A stretch of DNA of 64,000 nt from Tubiluchus corallicola (taxonomy: Eukaryota; Animalia; Priapulida), in NCBI GenBank assembly GCA_030141605.1, contig JAQGDQ010000302.1, positions 62,001-126,000 of the forward strand, given 5' to 3'. The position numbers were made by a program, and so were the translations under genes. How positions within the stretch are numbered: position 1 is the first letter of the stretch; each line of letters begins with the position of its first letter. A model generated the notes under the pieces. That model was not told the origin of the DNA. It saw nothing but the letters and a program-made list of their open reading frames with translations, and did not search any database. This document shows, piece by piece, positions 14,201 through 23,400 of this stretch.

Positions 14201-17200
14201 GAAAAGAAGAAGAGCTACTGCAAGTGAGAGTGCAGTTAGCTAAGATGTCTGAACTTGTCGATTTACAGACAAATGAACTGAAACAGAAGTCAGAGGAGAT
14301 AAGGTAGGCAGTTGTTGCTTACAGTCGATATTAACAAAAGTGGCATAGTACACTCATATCTCGGCTTGTCGGACAAAAGCAGGGAGACATTGGTCCAAAT
14401 TTACCGATTGCCCGTATTTTCCAACACTAAACTAATACAGTAGGCGCCTTGTATTAGATTCACGGTAATGTAGAATCAATCACCTAATTGCCTCAAAAAT
14501 GTTTAATATGCACCACTCCTATGCAAAACTATATAAAAACTGTTAGCAATTGACTCAAATAACTCGGCATAATTGATTCTGTATTTGTGCTTGTAGAGAT
14601 ATACACATGGATACACTGATGTATGTCATGTAAACAAAGTGACGTCCCGCCAACTTGCGGTCAGCATGCGAAATACGGACTGTGTCCGTATTATGCGGGA
14701 CTTTTAACGGACCAGATTTTGTCCGAATTTTCTGATATCCGTAAAAGCGAGGTCCAGCAAACTGAGATATGAGTGTATACAGACTTCTTACTTGTATTTT
14801 ATTTAGTTGATCTTAAACTAACTGTGTTAACCCATTTTTCAAGATGTAGTGATGATAACAAACTACAAAGCAAATTTAGTTCATTTAGCTTAGCTGACTG
14901 TGTTAATTTTTTGAATAAATTAGCAGTTCATGTCAATTGTCGTGCCTTTGCTACAGCAATTAATAGAAAGTGTAAATACTAGTGTATGTTATTACATAGG
15001 AAACATAAGAAGTTAACAAGTCGTTACAAGCAAGAAGCAAGCTCAAGAAGTGAAGAGTTGTCAACATTAGAAGACAGGATGAAGTTAGTCGAAGCAACAG
15101 CCAAAAATGCAGCGGCTTCCAATCAGGTTTTGCACATTAGCAAGTAGTTGTCCGAAAGAATAATTACGATTTCCATATTAACAGATCATTTTAATAGTTT
15201 TTTATTTAATTTTTTTAAGAAACTGTTTTTTAATTCTGGGAATAAATTCCTAGAAAATAGAGTGTTTTTAAATTCAATTGAAAATTTAAAGTTTAAATGT
15301 AGTACAACTTTAATATGAGACCATTCCACATTCCATTGTAATATTTTTAGTTTCCTAGTTAATTCGAGATGCACTTTGGAGTTGGACTGCCTTCACTGCT
15401 TGGAGATGTAGTGGCCTACTGGCCTAAGGCAACTGCAGTGTAAGCAAAAGGTCCTGGTTCAAATCCGGGCTGCATCGCATCCCAATTTTTTCACATTTCC
15501 TGTCTTTCAAGTTTAGTATCAGAATTTTTCCGACTTAACTTTGGGTTTGTACTATCATTTTTAGTTTTCTATTGAAAATAGATTATGATCAAAAATGTAA
15601 CAAATGTTTCAATGGTTTTATTCCCAGAAGGCTTGTGATGCAAAAATGCTTCTTGTTCTTTAGAATTTATAGACTGTTGTTTATCAATCGCTTGATTTGC
15701 AACATATTAACTTTGCAATTTGTGTTTATAGAGAAACTCCAAGTTGATAACTGCCGGTTCAGCCTGCTTGGAGAACAATCACGATCATATTATTACCCGA
15801 CAGAGAGAAGCACTGTCTGAGATGCGAGAACGAATTGTAGAGCTTCGGGAAATTAAAAAAGGCATCTCAGCATTTACATAATTTGTAGTGTTAATGATGA
15901 TTATGTAGTGATAAAAAAGTACAACAATGGGAGTTCTAGGAAGAAGCAGTGCAGTTATATATTTCATTCTGCATGAAAAATTGTCATCTGTAAAGAAGAT
16001 GCAAGATGCTAAAAATTTTGCAAACAAAATAGCCTTACGTTACTAAAATGTGTAAAAAATGTGTTTCGTTACATTTTTAATATTAAATGGGACAAGTGGC
16101 AGGGAAGCACTAATCGCCGAAAAAAACACTTAGGGATTTACTAAACAGTGAAGCTATGGCTGTTTAGATTACTCCAAAATTGCTGAGACATTTAAAAATT
16201 TGCCTGGTGTTTTTTACACATTTTCACACTTTGTAAATCAATATTCAGCACTTGGCAGAACTCACTTAATGTAGATGATTTCATTGCAGGACCAAGACCG
16301 AACCTTATTGTCAAAGTTAACAGTTTAGGACAAGTTAACAAAGTGGACAATGAAAAAGTATAGGTGTCTAAGCCATGTACGGATGCACATTTACTCTTTT
16401 TTAACAGTAGTTGGAATTGTATGGGACATGAATCTCCATGACAAGTGCCTATCCTTTTACTAACAAGGCCTAACGTAGCCTAACTTCTGTTACCAAGCAT
16501 GCACTATGGCTCCCTCATCTGTATGCAACTAGCTGAGCCAGACTAAATTCATTGCACTATTTGGCATTGTCAAAACAAGGCATCATCAGAATCACAGTAA
16601 ACAAATGTACAGACAGAAAACTACATAAAAAATTTTGATAAGAATTCTCTTTAAATTTTTAGTTAGCATAGCAAGCTTAAGTTGGTTACCATTTTCTTTC
16701 ATATCATTTGACATTTTTGCAAACAAAGTTCATTTATTTCTTTTAAATCTTTTATTATGCCAGATGTAACAAGTGAACAATTAGCTCACCAGGTGTCAGT
16801 ACTGAAGAAACAACTGTCCGAATTTCGTGTACATGATGCCCTACAAGAGAACAAGCATCTGAACCAGCTTATCATTCCTCAGCATCACAACAGTGAACCT
16901 GCCTATCAAACAGATTTGGCTCTAGAGAGAACAGCCCATCAAGAAACCAAAGACACACTGGAAAATAGCGAGGATTCGGTAAGAAATTTCTTTTATGTCT
17001 TTTAGAGCAATCATATGTTGATAGCTGATCTCTCTATCCTCTGTGAGTTTCCAGACTTGACTGTAAAAATTCACTGGTGTCACTCAACCGAAAGAGCCAG
17101 AATCTTCTGGAATCAGAATTTACCTTTTGATCTTTGGTACCATTATTTGATCTTAACCACCACTTTTAAAACCAGTATTTGTTAAAGTACAGTTTGATAA

Positions 17201-20200
17201 TTTGCAAAACTAGTATCCAGCTGACAATGGTAGGGCATTTGGCAGTACAGGAACACAGCTCATTACTAAGGAGAATCCTTTAAGGTGAGAGACTGAACTA
17301 GCGGAGGTGGCTTATGTTTAGCCACATTCCAATTCATGTCCTGCTACAGTGACGCAAACAAGGAGGGACAATAAGGCGAATGAAATTAACAAGCCGTTTT
17401 CCTGCTAGTCAATGACAAATATGTTTACCAGGCCCAGTGTTGCTTAACTGCTGTTACTAACCCTCACTTGTTTTTGCATTACTATTAAGGTTTGATTTTT
17501 GTTAAATACATTTTAGTGCTAGAAAGATTGATTTATAGTACCATTTTTTAGGGTTGCTTGATCATTTGCTTCAGTACATTGAAAAAAATTGTGGCTGTGC
17601 AATTGCAAAATTTTCCCATTAGAGTGAGCTAACCATCGATTTTAAAGCATTCCTAGAACTCAACTTTATTATATTTAGGTTTATTGCATTGCAGTTTGAA
17701 AGCTACTATTGTCAAATATTTTACTTTGGTGAACTGTGTTTTGGAACTGGTGTTCTAGGGAGACTAAAGTTGCTATTTTATAAATTGGCTGTAGCCAGAA
17801 TATAAATAGCAGGACAGTCAGACACATTCAACACTATAGTGTAAATTACAATGATATATCATTAAAAATAAATGGCTTAATGTTGGCCAACAGCCTGAAA
17901 CAGTTTTTTTATTTCAGTATTTAAACATGGCACACAGTATAGCCAATCAATTAAGAGTGAGCGAGCCACATGCTTTACATTCACTTACACATCTACCTGC
18001 TGATCAGCAACATGGCATAATGACGGCACGTAAGAACCTTCTGCAGCATATGAGTAGCGCCCTCTCTGAATTGCTTGAAAAAATAAGCCGGAAAGAAGAT
18101 ATGCTTCGTGATTATGAGCTAAACTTAAAAAAACTTAGGTAATCCATGTCTCATATTAATATATATTAAACGTGTCCTTTGGTTTCGCTAATAGAAATGT
18201 TTAAAAGCAATGACAGTGATATGAGTCATGCCGCAAAATGTTTGCTAATTTGTACATAAGTCAGTTTTGGTTTTAGCTGTGCTACTTAAGAAAAGCTTTT
18301 TTGGCATGATGAAAAACTATTAATTTATTATTATTAATTATATATTATAATATTATTAATATTATTATTTATATTATTAATTATTTATTTATTTATTATT
18401 AATTTAGTGCTTGTTGCTTTTTGCACGTGTTGTTGAAGTGATTTTGAATTTGTAAAAATGCATTTCACATTAACCATTTCCCTTGTAGGATAGCTGAATC
18501 ACTAGCCCAAGAAAAGGCAAAGGAAAATAATCTAGCTTTGGTAAGTGCTCAATAAAAAATTAAATATGCAACACATTTTATAGGCAAATGTTTATATTGT
18601 GTCATATGCTCATGACATGCTTATCTAAATTAAAGAAGTAAAAAAACTGACTCTTATACATCATATATTAGAACTAATACTACATTGTAGACTTTGAACT
18701 TTGGTTCTTAATAATTACTTAGGAGGAAGTAAGTCTCTGTAGGAAGCTAGAATCAAGATAATTCCGACCGTGTTTCACACTTTTTTTGTTACTTTGCTAA
18801 AACTGTAAAATGACACTAGAAGCAACATTTGATTTTTTGGAAGATGTACATTTTTGCTTAACTATTGTGTTAAATGATAGATGCAATGTAGTGGTAGTGG
18901 CAGTTTTATACAGAATAGTCAAAAATACTTCATTTTTTATATTCATAGTTAAAATGATAAATGAAAACAATAAACTTTCTGCAGGTTATTAAGGAACTAT
19001 TTTGTGTGGGCAGAGAATACTGTATGACATTTATCACTGATCAACTGCCCTGTAGTTCGCTAAATAGTAGAAAATGGAAGGTGTTATCTTTTTCTATTTC
19101 TAATTTGTAATAATGTACCTAATTCAAAGAAACTGTTTTTAAGCTTATCGCTTTGCGTATAATTGACTCGAAATTGTCATGACAATTATGATGTTTTTGT
19201 ATGTAATTTGGCACACTAGAACCTGGTATCCAGCACTTACTAATTCTAATGGTTGTGGCTAGATTGAAACTTCGCTCATTATCACATATAACCCATTCAG
19301 GTAAGACTCACGACTGACAGGTGCCTTAGCGACATCCTCGCACAAAAATTAAATATTAAAACCAGCTATTGTATATAATAGGTGCACATTATGGCATTAA
19401 GCACCATTGTGCAACATACTAAGAACTTGTTCCACCTCGTGTATAATCAAAAATGCCTTCTTAACGGGATTTAGATTTAATTTGCTTCATTTATAGGATA
19501 ATCTACATGAAAGCAAGGAGGAAGTAGAATATTTACAGGAAGCCCTTCGTAAGTTAAGAGAAAGTCTGCAGTGGGAAAAGAAGCTGAATGCTGCCATCAA
19601 AGAAAAAAAGGTATTGGTTAAATTTTTGGTTGCTCCTGGTACTAGATTCAGCGTGAAGCTTGCGAAATTGTCAGATTTGTCCTAAACCGAAAATTGAAAA
19701 GTATTTTTACCAAGGTTCAGGTCCCAAGTTAAGCAGTCACCCTGTTCGTTGAAAACTGAGAGCTGATTTTGTCTGAAAACATATCTAAATAATTGTTCTA
19801 TGATGCCTCTGGTCATTCTCCTGAAAAAGCGTAGCTGTCTTAGAAGGTTACTTACGAAAATGAATACCTTAAAAAAACATTGTCACATGTACGTCGAACG
19901 TCTGTTGGAATATTGAAAGCTGGAAAACTCGAAGTACATTTCTATTTGATAATAATTAGAGTTTCTGGCATTTGCTTTTAAGGCAGTTGTCTTTAGAAAG
20001 TGACACAGGACATGTCAAAGAAAGAGGGTTGCCTGTATTGTGCTCAACATACTCTGTTTTTGCAAATGGACCATCTAGCATTGAACAATTTCTATCTAAT
20101 TTACCCACATGCTTTCACTTCTATACCAGTAGATATTTTTGATGTAAATCTAATATTCTTTCACCTATGTGTGAAATAAATTTCATATCATGTCATGTCA

Positions 20201-21472
20201 TGACATGTTTTTAATTTAATTGTGTCTGATTTGGGGATCAACCCTACAATCACTCGTGAACTGAAGGCTTGTTCTACAACACGTCTATTGCTACTTTTTG
20301 GAAGAAACATTAATTGTTTTCTTGGAGTACTTTTTCCTGCTGTTTCTCTCATGTTTTACTCGGAAATTCCTAAATGTCTAACAGCTATTTATAAATCAAA
20401 CTTTTTCCAATTTTTTATTAAAGATTTTTTATCCGTGGATTTCGAGGTTTGTAATGTGTCAAAAAATTATTTCCATGCTGAGTAGAACTTCACCGGCACA
20501 AGAGAAACATCAACAGATACTGCTGTCTCTAACAAATCAGTAATAAGAATTTTAGATTCAGTATTACTTACATTTGCACTGTTATGTTGCTTTTCAGAAG
20601 CTGATAGTAGAGGCTCCTGGATTTCGAAGCCATAGACAAACAGGTCTGCATCAGCAATGATAGATATTTCACTGTTCTCTTAAGGTAAAATTCATTGAGC
20701 ATGACATTCTGATATCAAATTGCTCCATATTCCACTTCAAAAAAGTAACGTTTTCTATCTCTATTGTAGAACACATCCCAATAAAACCTATTACTACAAC
20801 TAATATTGTTTCTTTTCTACTGTGCCATTGGTGAACACCATATATGTTAACCATTGGTGTAGAAGTTGCATTGTAAACCACATGGTATCTAGCAAACCTA
20901 GTGTAAGTCATTACTTCCGAGATGACCTAACTAATGATTTTTAAATCATACTGTTCTTTTTCTATCCTTAACAGATTAGATTATGTAAAGTTTGTGGACA
21001 AGGGCCTGATGTAGAATTTTCATCCTTGTGACATTTTCTATTTATATATTTGAAAATTCATGTCAACGGCTGTATTTATCGACAAATATAGTTTATATCT
21101 GAAAAGTGGCACACATGACAGCACTGGCATGACTTTAGCTGCATCAAAAACAGTAACTGTTAGTACTCAGTGTGCTGTGTGGAGGAAGTAATCGTCAGTT
21201 ATAAAATGTATCTTCCAAACTAAATAAAATATCATGCTTAAACTAAAAATAGAAAGCACGAAATTGTTTTTCCTATCTGTGAGTGTTGTTGTGAGAATGG
21301 TGAGTTTTTTAATAATCGGAGTAGTGACATTTTTCTGTCATTGACAAAAACATCTAGCTAGGTTATGAGCCTCACAATTTCCCAAAACGCCTATCTTCTT
21401 TTTAGTGAGATTAAATGATTTAAATAGCTCTTTAGTAACAATAATTTTGCAGGTGTAGAGACTTCTGCCTAG
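833..21472 (+). CDS. FHAD1: FHAD1-like long coiled-coil protein, 3' part (5' exons and FHA domain lie upstream of the window)
   Basis: Phase-consistent exons: 833-1066, 2177-2383, 3118-3225, 4267-4467, 9512-9713, 10412-10610, 10960-11164, 11684-11897, 12521-12599, (12825-12841), 13341/13357-13463, 14165-14303, 15000-15126, 15732-15861, 16764-16978, 17918-18138, 18489-18540, 19497-19610. The 3' end is either 20598-20643 + 21453-21472 (TAG) or 19983-20003 (TGA). The protein is heptad-like and E/K/Q/L-rich. The motifs GSACLENNHDHIITRQREALSEMRERI, ALERTAHQETKDTLENSEDSYL and LQWEKKLNAAIKEKK resemble the FHAD1 C-terminal region as I recall it. Confidence 0.72.
1945..2035 (-). repeat. 5S rRNA-derived dispersed repeat (SINE3-like) fragment
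   Basis: Reverse complement aaattaaacag..gccttggttagtaaatgaatgggtgaccactgggaa resembles the 5S internal control region; the adjacent body is shared with 33316-33412. Confidence 0.6.
2177..2383 (+). CDS. FHAD1-like exon
   Basis: tttcag|LSVAELGAKEEK...EISNQ|gtgctt, phase 0-0. Confidence 0.85.
3118..3225 (+). CDS. FHAD1-like exon (not in ORF track)
   Basis: tag|EMNELRSQHREQ...STANAQ|gtaatt, phase 0-0. Confidence 0.8.
4267..4467 (+). CDS. FHAD1-like exon
   Basis: ccttag|YEKLHHEMKESK...SQAQ|gtttgt, phase 0-0. Confidence 0.85.
5147..5219. repeat. (CT)n/(GA)n microsatellite
   Basis: Long near-perfect CT run; it explains the SLSL/RERE ORFs. Confidence 0.95.
5328..5358 (-). terminator. candidate polyadenylation signals (AATAAA x2) of the GPCR
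   Basis: tttatt at 5353-5358 and 5328-5333 on +, about 125-155 nt after the GPCR stop. Confidence 0.4.
5482..6462 (-). CDS. Intronless-CDS rhodopsin-family 7TM GPCR, trace-amine/aminergic-receptor-like, nested antisense in an FHAD1-like intron
   Basis: 326-aa ORF with GN (TM1), SLAVADLLVG (TM2), SIFHICVIAIERY (TM3), W4.50, YVIP..YTRIWIVAWQQARKI (TM5), REFKATTVLG..CWAPYF (TM6), WIAYVNSACNPILY (TM7) and helix 8 FRATFKRMLC. It lies wholly within intron 4468-9511. Confidence 0.95.
   Translation of the reverse strand: MQHENKEQRFSSSTAPVDLTTSSIQEAEISAATIVFSILLSILASLIIIGNSMVIIAVAKYNHLRTRTFSLVASLAVADLLVGIIVIPLYMVQMYQDPPGNLVLVKVRRVIGNFVTNVSIFHICVIAIERYVKILRPLKYNVYVTNTSVSIAIILAWMLSTAQGIALLSTNWEWQQLKEAKGYRMYHIMDGIIMYVIPVSLILAVYTRIWIVAWQQARKINDKKQGVEGATIKRVREFKATTVLGTVVLAYAGCWAPYFIQKFRDLHCRCGNEVLDAVTLWIAYVNSACNPILYAVFSGPFRATFKRMLCGLWKRQRVTNSPMDTM
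8950..9190. repeat. degenerate ~50-bp tandem repeat
   Basis: Recurring aattagttttctg..cagcattctaaatatgtttttac..caatttaaa motifs. Confidence 0.45.
9512..9713 (+). CDS. FHAD1-like exon
   Basis: tag|ETLAVSGMTS...SASKT G|gtatgt, phase 0-1. Confidence 0.8.
10412..10610 (+). CDS. FHAD1-like exon
   Basis: ttttcag|DFLTWLQRLH...EWQE|gtatcc, phase 1-2. Confidence 0.85.
10960..11164 (+). CDS. FHAD1-like exon
   Basis: tttacag|RLTCAVDQVK...LKLEK|gtatgt, phase 2-0. Confidence 0.85.
11684..11897 (+). CDS. FHAD1-like exon
   Basis: ttttaag|ETLSEELDRR...TSRVQ|gtaatt, phase 0-1. Confidence 0.82.
12521..12599 (+). CDS. FHAD1-like exon
   Basis: ctaacag|DLQRQLKDAG...DNNL|gtattt, phase 1-2. Confidence 0.8.
12825..12841 (+). 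CDS. candidate 17-nt microexon of the FHAD1-like gene
   Basis: TACTAAT branch-like site at 12791, pyrimidine tract, tcctgcag|AAGTAGCAAAAGAGCAG|gtgagg. In frame only if the next exon uses the acceptor at 13341. Confidence 0.55.
13341..13463 (+). CDS. FHAD1-like exon (acceptor at 13341 or 13357)
   Basis: (ALFF)SEQVEKLKSEKKRQELEIEKL...SEQK|gtactg. Confidence 0.8.
14165..14303 (+). CDS. FHAD1-like exon
   Basis: gtag|GLRVEKLSLQVNRKEEELLQ...KSEEI|gtaggc, phase 1-2. Confidence 0.8.
14351..14775. mobile_element. TA-flanked Tc1/mariner (pogo/Tigger-like) MITE, full copy
   Basis: TA|CACTCATATCTCGGCTTGTCGGAC ... GTCCAGCAAACTGAGATATGAGTG|TA; ~24-bp imperfect TIRs and a TA TSD. Confidence 0.85.
15000..15126 (+). 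CDS. FHAD1-like exon
   Basis: catag|RKHKKLTSRYKQEA...AASNQ|gttttg, phase 2-0. Confidence 0.8.
15405..15553 (+). mobile_element. tRNA-derived repeat (SINE-like, or tRNA pseudogene plus shared flank)
   Basis: 15405-15477 folds as a cloverleaf: GATGTAG/CTGCATC acceptor, GCCT/AGGC D-stem, CCTGG-TTCAAAT-CCGGG T-arm, broken anticodon arm. The 3' flank is shared with the copy at 57157-57270. Confidence 0.7.
15732..15861 (+). CDS. FHAD1-like exon, probably ending at a GC donor
   Basis: tatag|RNSKLITAGSACLENNHDHIITRQREALSEMRERIVELREIKK G|gcatct, phase 0-1. Confidence 0.75.
16449..16490 (-). repeat. 5S rRNA-derived repeat fragment
   Basis: Reverse complement gaagttaggctacgttaggccttgttagtaaaaggatagg. 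Confidence 0.45.
16764..16978 (+). CDS. FHAD1-like exon
   Basis: ccag|DVTSEQLAHQV...ENSEDS|gtaaga, phase 1-0. Confidence 0.85.
17918..18138 (+). CDS. FHAD1-like exon
   Basis: tttcag|YLNMAHSIANQL...KEDMLRDYELNLKKL|gtaatc, phase 0-2. Confidence 0.85.
18318..18406. repeat. AT-only low-complexity tract
   Basis: (TTA/TAT)-rich run with no G or C. Confidence 0.8.
18489..18540 (+). CDS. FHAD1-like exon
   Basis: ttgtag|RIAESLAQEKAKENNLAL|gtaagt, phase 2-0. Confidence 0.8.
19497..19610 (+). CDS. FHAD1-like exon
   Basis: tatag|DNLHESKEEVEYLQEALRK...EKKLNAAIKEKK|gtattg, phase 0-0. Confidence 0.85.
20598..21472 (+). CDS. candidate terminal exons of the FHAD1-like gene (20598-20643 and 21453-21472)
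   Basis: ttttcag|KLIVEAPGFRSHRQT G|gtctgc ... ttttgcag|GVETSA-TAG. Phases match and an AT-rich 3'UTR-like region follows. An alternative terminal exon is 19983-20003 (AVVFRK-TGA). Confidence 0.4.
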
Positions 21473-22949
21473 GCTACAATAGAGCTGCTAGTTCGTATCA
21501 CAAACATTGCAGCAGACAAGAACAGATGGCTTGAATCACGTTGGGGTGCTAGATCAGCGAAGTCATTTTATCAACCTAGACAATCAAATAGTGTGGCAAC
21601 TATTGTGTTTATGATGGCATTTCACAGTTATGTAGAAATTTTGCAATAATAGATAGATAAAGTTATGTCACTTATACTTTATCTCTTAAAGAGCAGATTG
21701 TATGCAAATTTTTAATTAATCATGAAGAATTATGTAAGAATTTCTGTTTATTTTATTTTACCAAACAACAAATTGTGTCACTTAATGTTTGTTGCAAATC
21801 AAATAAACAAAACATCTGCTGGTTCTGTAATGAAATTACAGTTTGTCTGGGAATGAAACTGAGATCCTCACATGCATTATACCAGACCAGGTCGAGTCCT
21901 ATACTTTATGTTTCGTATAAAATGTGCATGTGTTCATTTCTAGATGACAGAATAAGGTTCTAGCATGTAGATTCAGTTGAACTTGTTATTTTTATCTGGT
22001 CATTTTAATTACAAAATCTTGACAGTTAAGGACTTTATAATGACTGTGTGCAATAATTATGTATATTTCTTTGGTTTTCATATGTATCTTATTCCTGGTG
22101 ACACATTATTTTTATCACTATTTATATTTATAGCACATTTCATAAAATATGAATGTTGTCATGTGGTCATATTGTTATAATGAAATTTTAAGTGTTGTAG
22201 GTATAATGTACACAAACAATTGTAGTATCTTTATTGATCTGACAATCTTTAACCCTAGCTTTTATCTATGACTTTTATCACATGTAGTGTTAAAAACTCT
22301 TTTGTGTATTTGTGTGTTAACTAGCATCTTCTATTTTGGGCAAACAGTTCAAAATAAAATATTTCTTGCTATAACAATAACAGTGCTGTGCATTACGTTC
22401 AGTAAAATGTTAAATTTGTTAACTTTATCTATTAATATTATCACACTGTTATGTCTTATAATTTATTATAAAATTATTACATGTATAATTTGTTGCAAAA
22501 TATATTTCCATGTTGACTTGTATATAATTTTTTTTTGTTTTGATTAATTACATTTCAGTAGATTATTTTCACAAAAAAGGCATAATACACTTTTTCCTGG
22601 GCTAGATACTATGCACAAACATTCTTCTTTATTATTAATATGCAGGTAATCCAACAAACTGTTACGTACATTCCTGTACATGCCAGGCACAAAAATATAT
22701 TATCATCTATTTTTTACTTTCATAGGGCAAGATAATAGTAATAAGCTATGCTTTTTAGATGACCTGCAACACATTTATATTTAGATGTGAGTGTGAGGCA
22801 CTTTTTATTTCAATGTCAAAGTAAGAAGTAAATTAAAATTGAACTACGTTTAACCTACTCATGGTATTGCTGTACATGAAATAAGTATTGTTGTAAATGT
22901 TATTTTTGTGAAATACATGACTTATAATAATTGTAGTGCACAGTAAACA

Positions 22950-23400
22950 AACGCACCTGCACCATATCTTTGTTCTGTGTTCTTAGTTAGCAAGTTATTG
23001 CTTACTTCGGTGAAGAATTGAAAGATAACTGGGATGGTGGTACAGCGAAAAGCTACTGTCCAGCGTCCATCGTATAATGTCAAAAAGTACCCGTTAATGC
23101 CAAGCGTTACGTCGTGCAAGGTGCCCTTGTTTGTACGACTGGAAGGATCGTTGAGGGTTCCTCAATTTAGAAATTGCGCCTTGAATTCATCGAGGCATGT
23201 TGTCTGATAGATTGAGTAGACTCGTCTCGTATGTGCGAGAATGGCAGTGTATCGTGATCAAATATTGTTTGTCCCAATTATATTTTGATATGCCCCAGAT
23301 TTATTTTGTTGCATAGACTCAGATTGCTGAGTCGTGAATAAAATGATCGTAAGCTGTCCACTGCGTTACTAAAGCTTAAATCAAGTGTACGCGTTTGTAT
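22950..23400 (+). promoter_or_regulatory. CpG-richer putative promoter / first exon of TRPM
   Basis: Visibly higher CpG density than the flanks, between the FHAD1-like 3'UTR and the ATGATC|gtaagc donor. Confidence 0.45.
23343..23348 (+). CDS. TRPM candidate first coding exon A (Met-Ile only)
   Basis: ataaaATGATC|gtaagc, phase 0, at the end of a CpG-richer segment. Confidence 0.55.

Noticed and set aside
15405-15477. Functional tRNA-Thr(TGT) gene
   Set aside because: The anticodon stem has two mismatches and lacks U33, and a diverged second copy shares the flank, so it is treated as a repeat.
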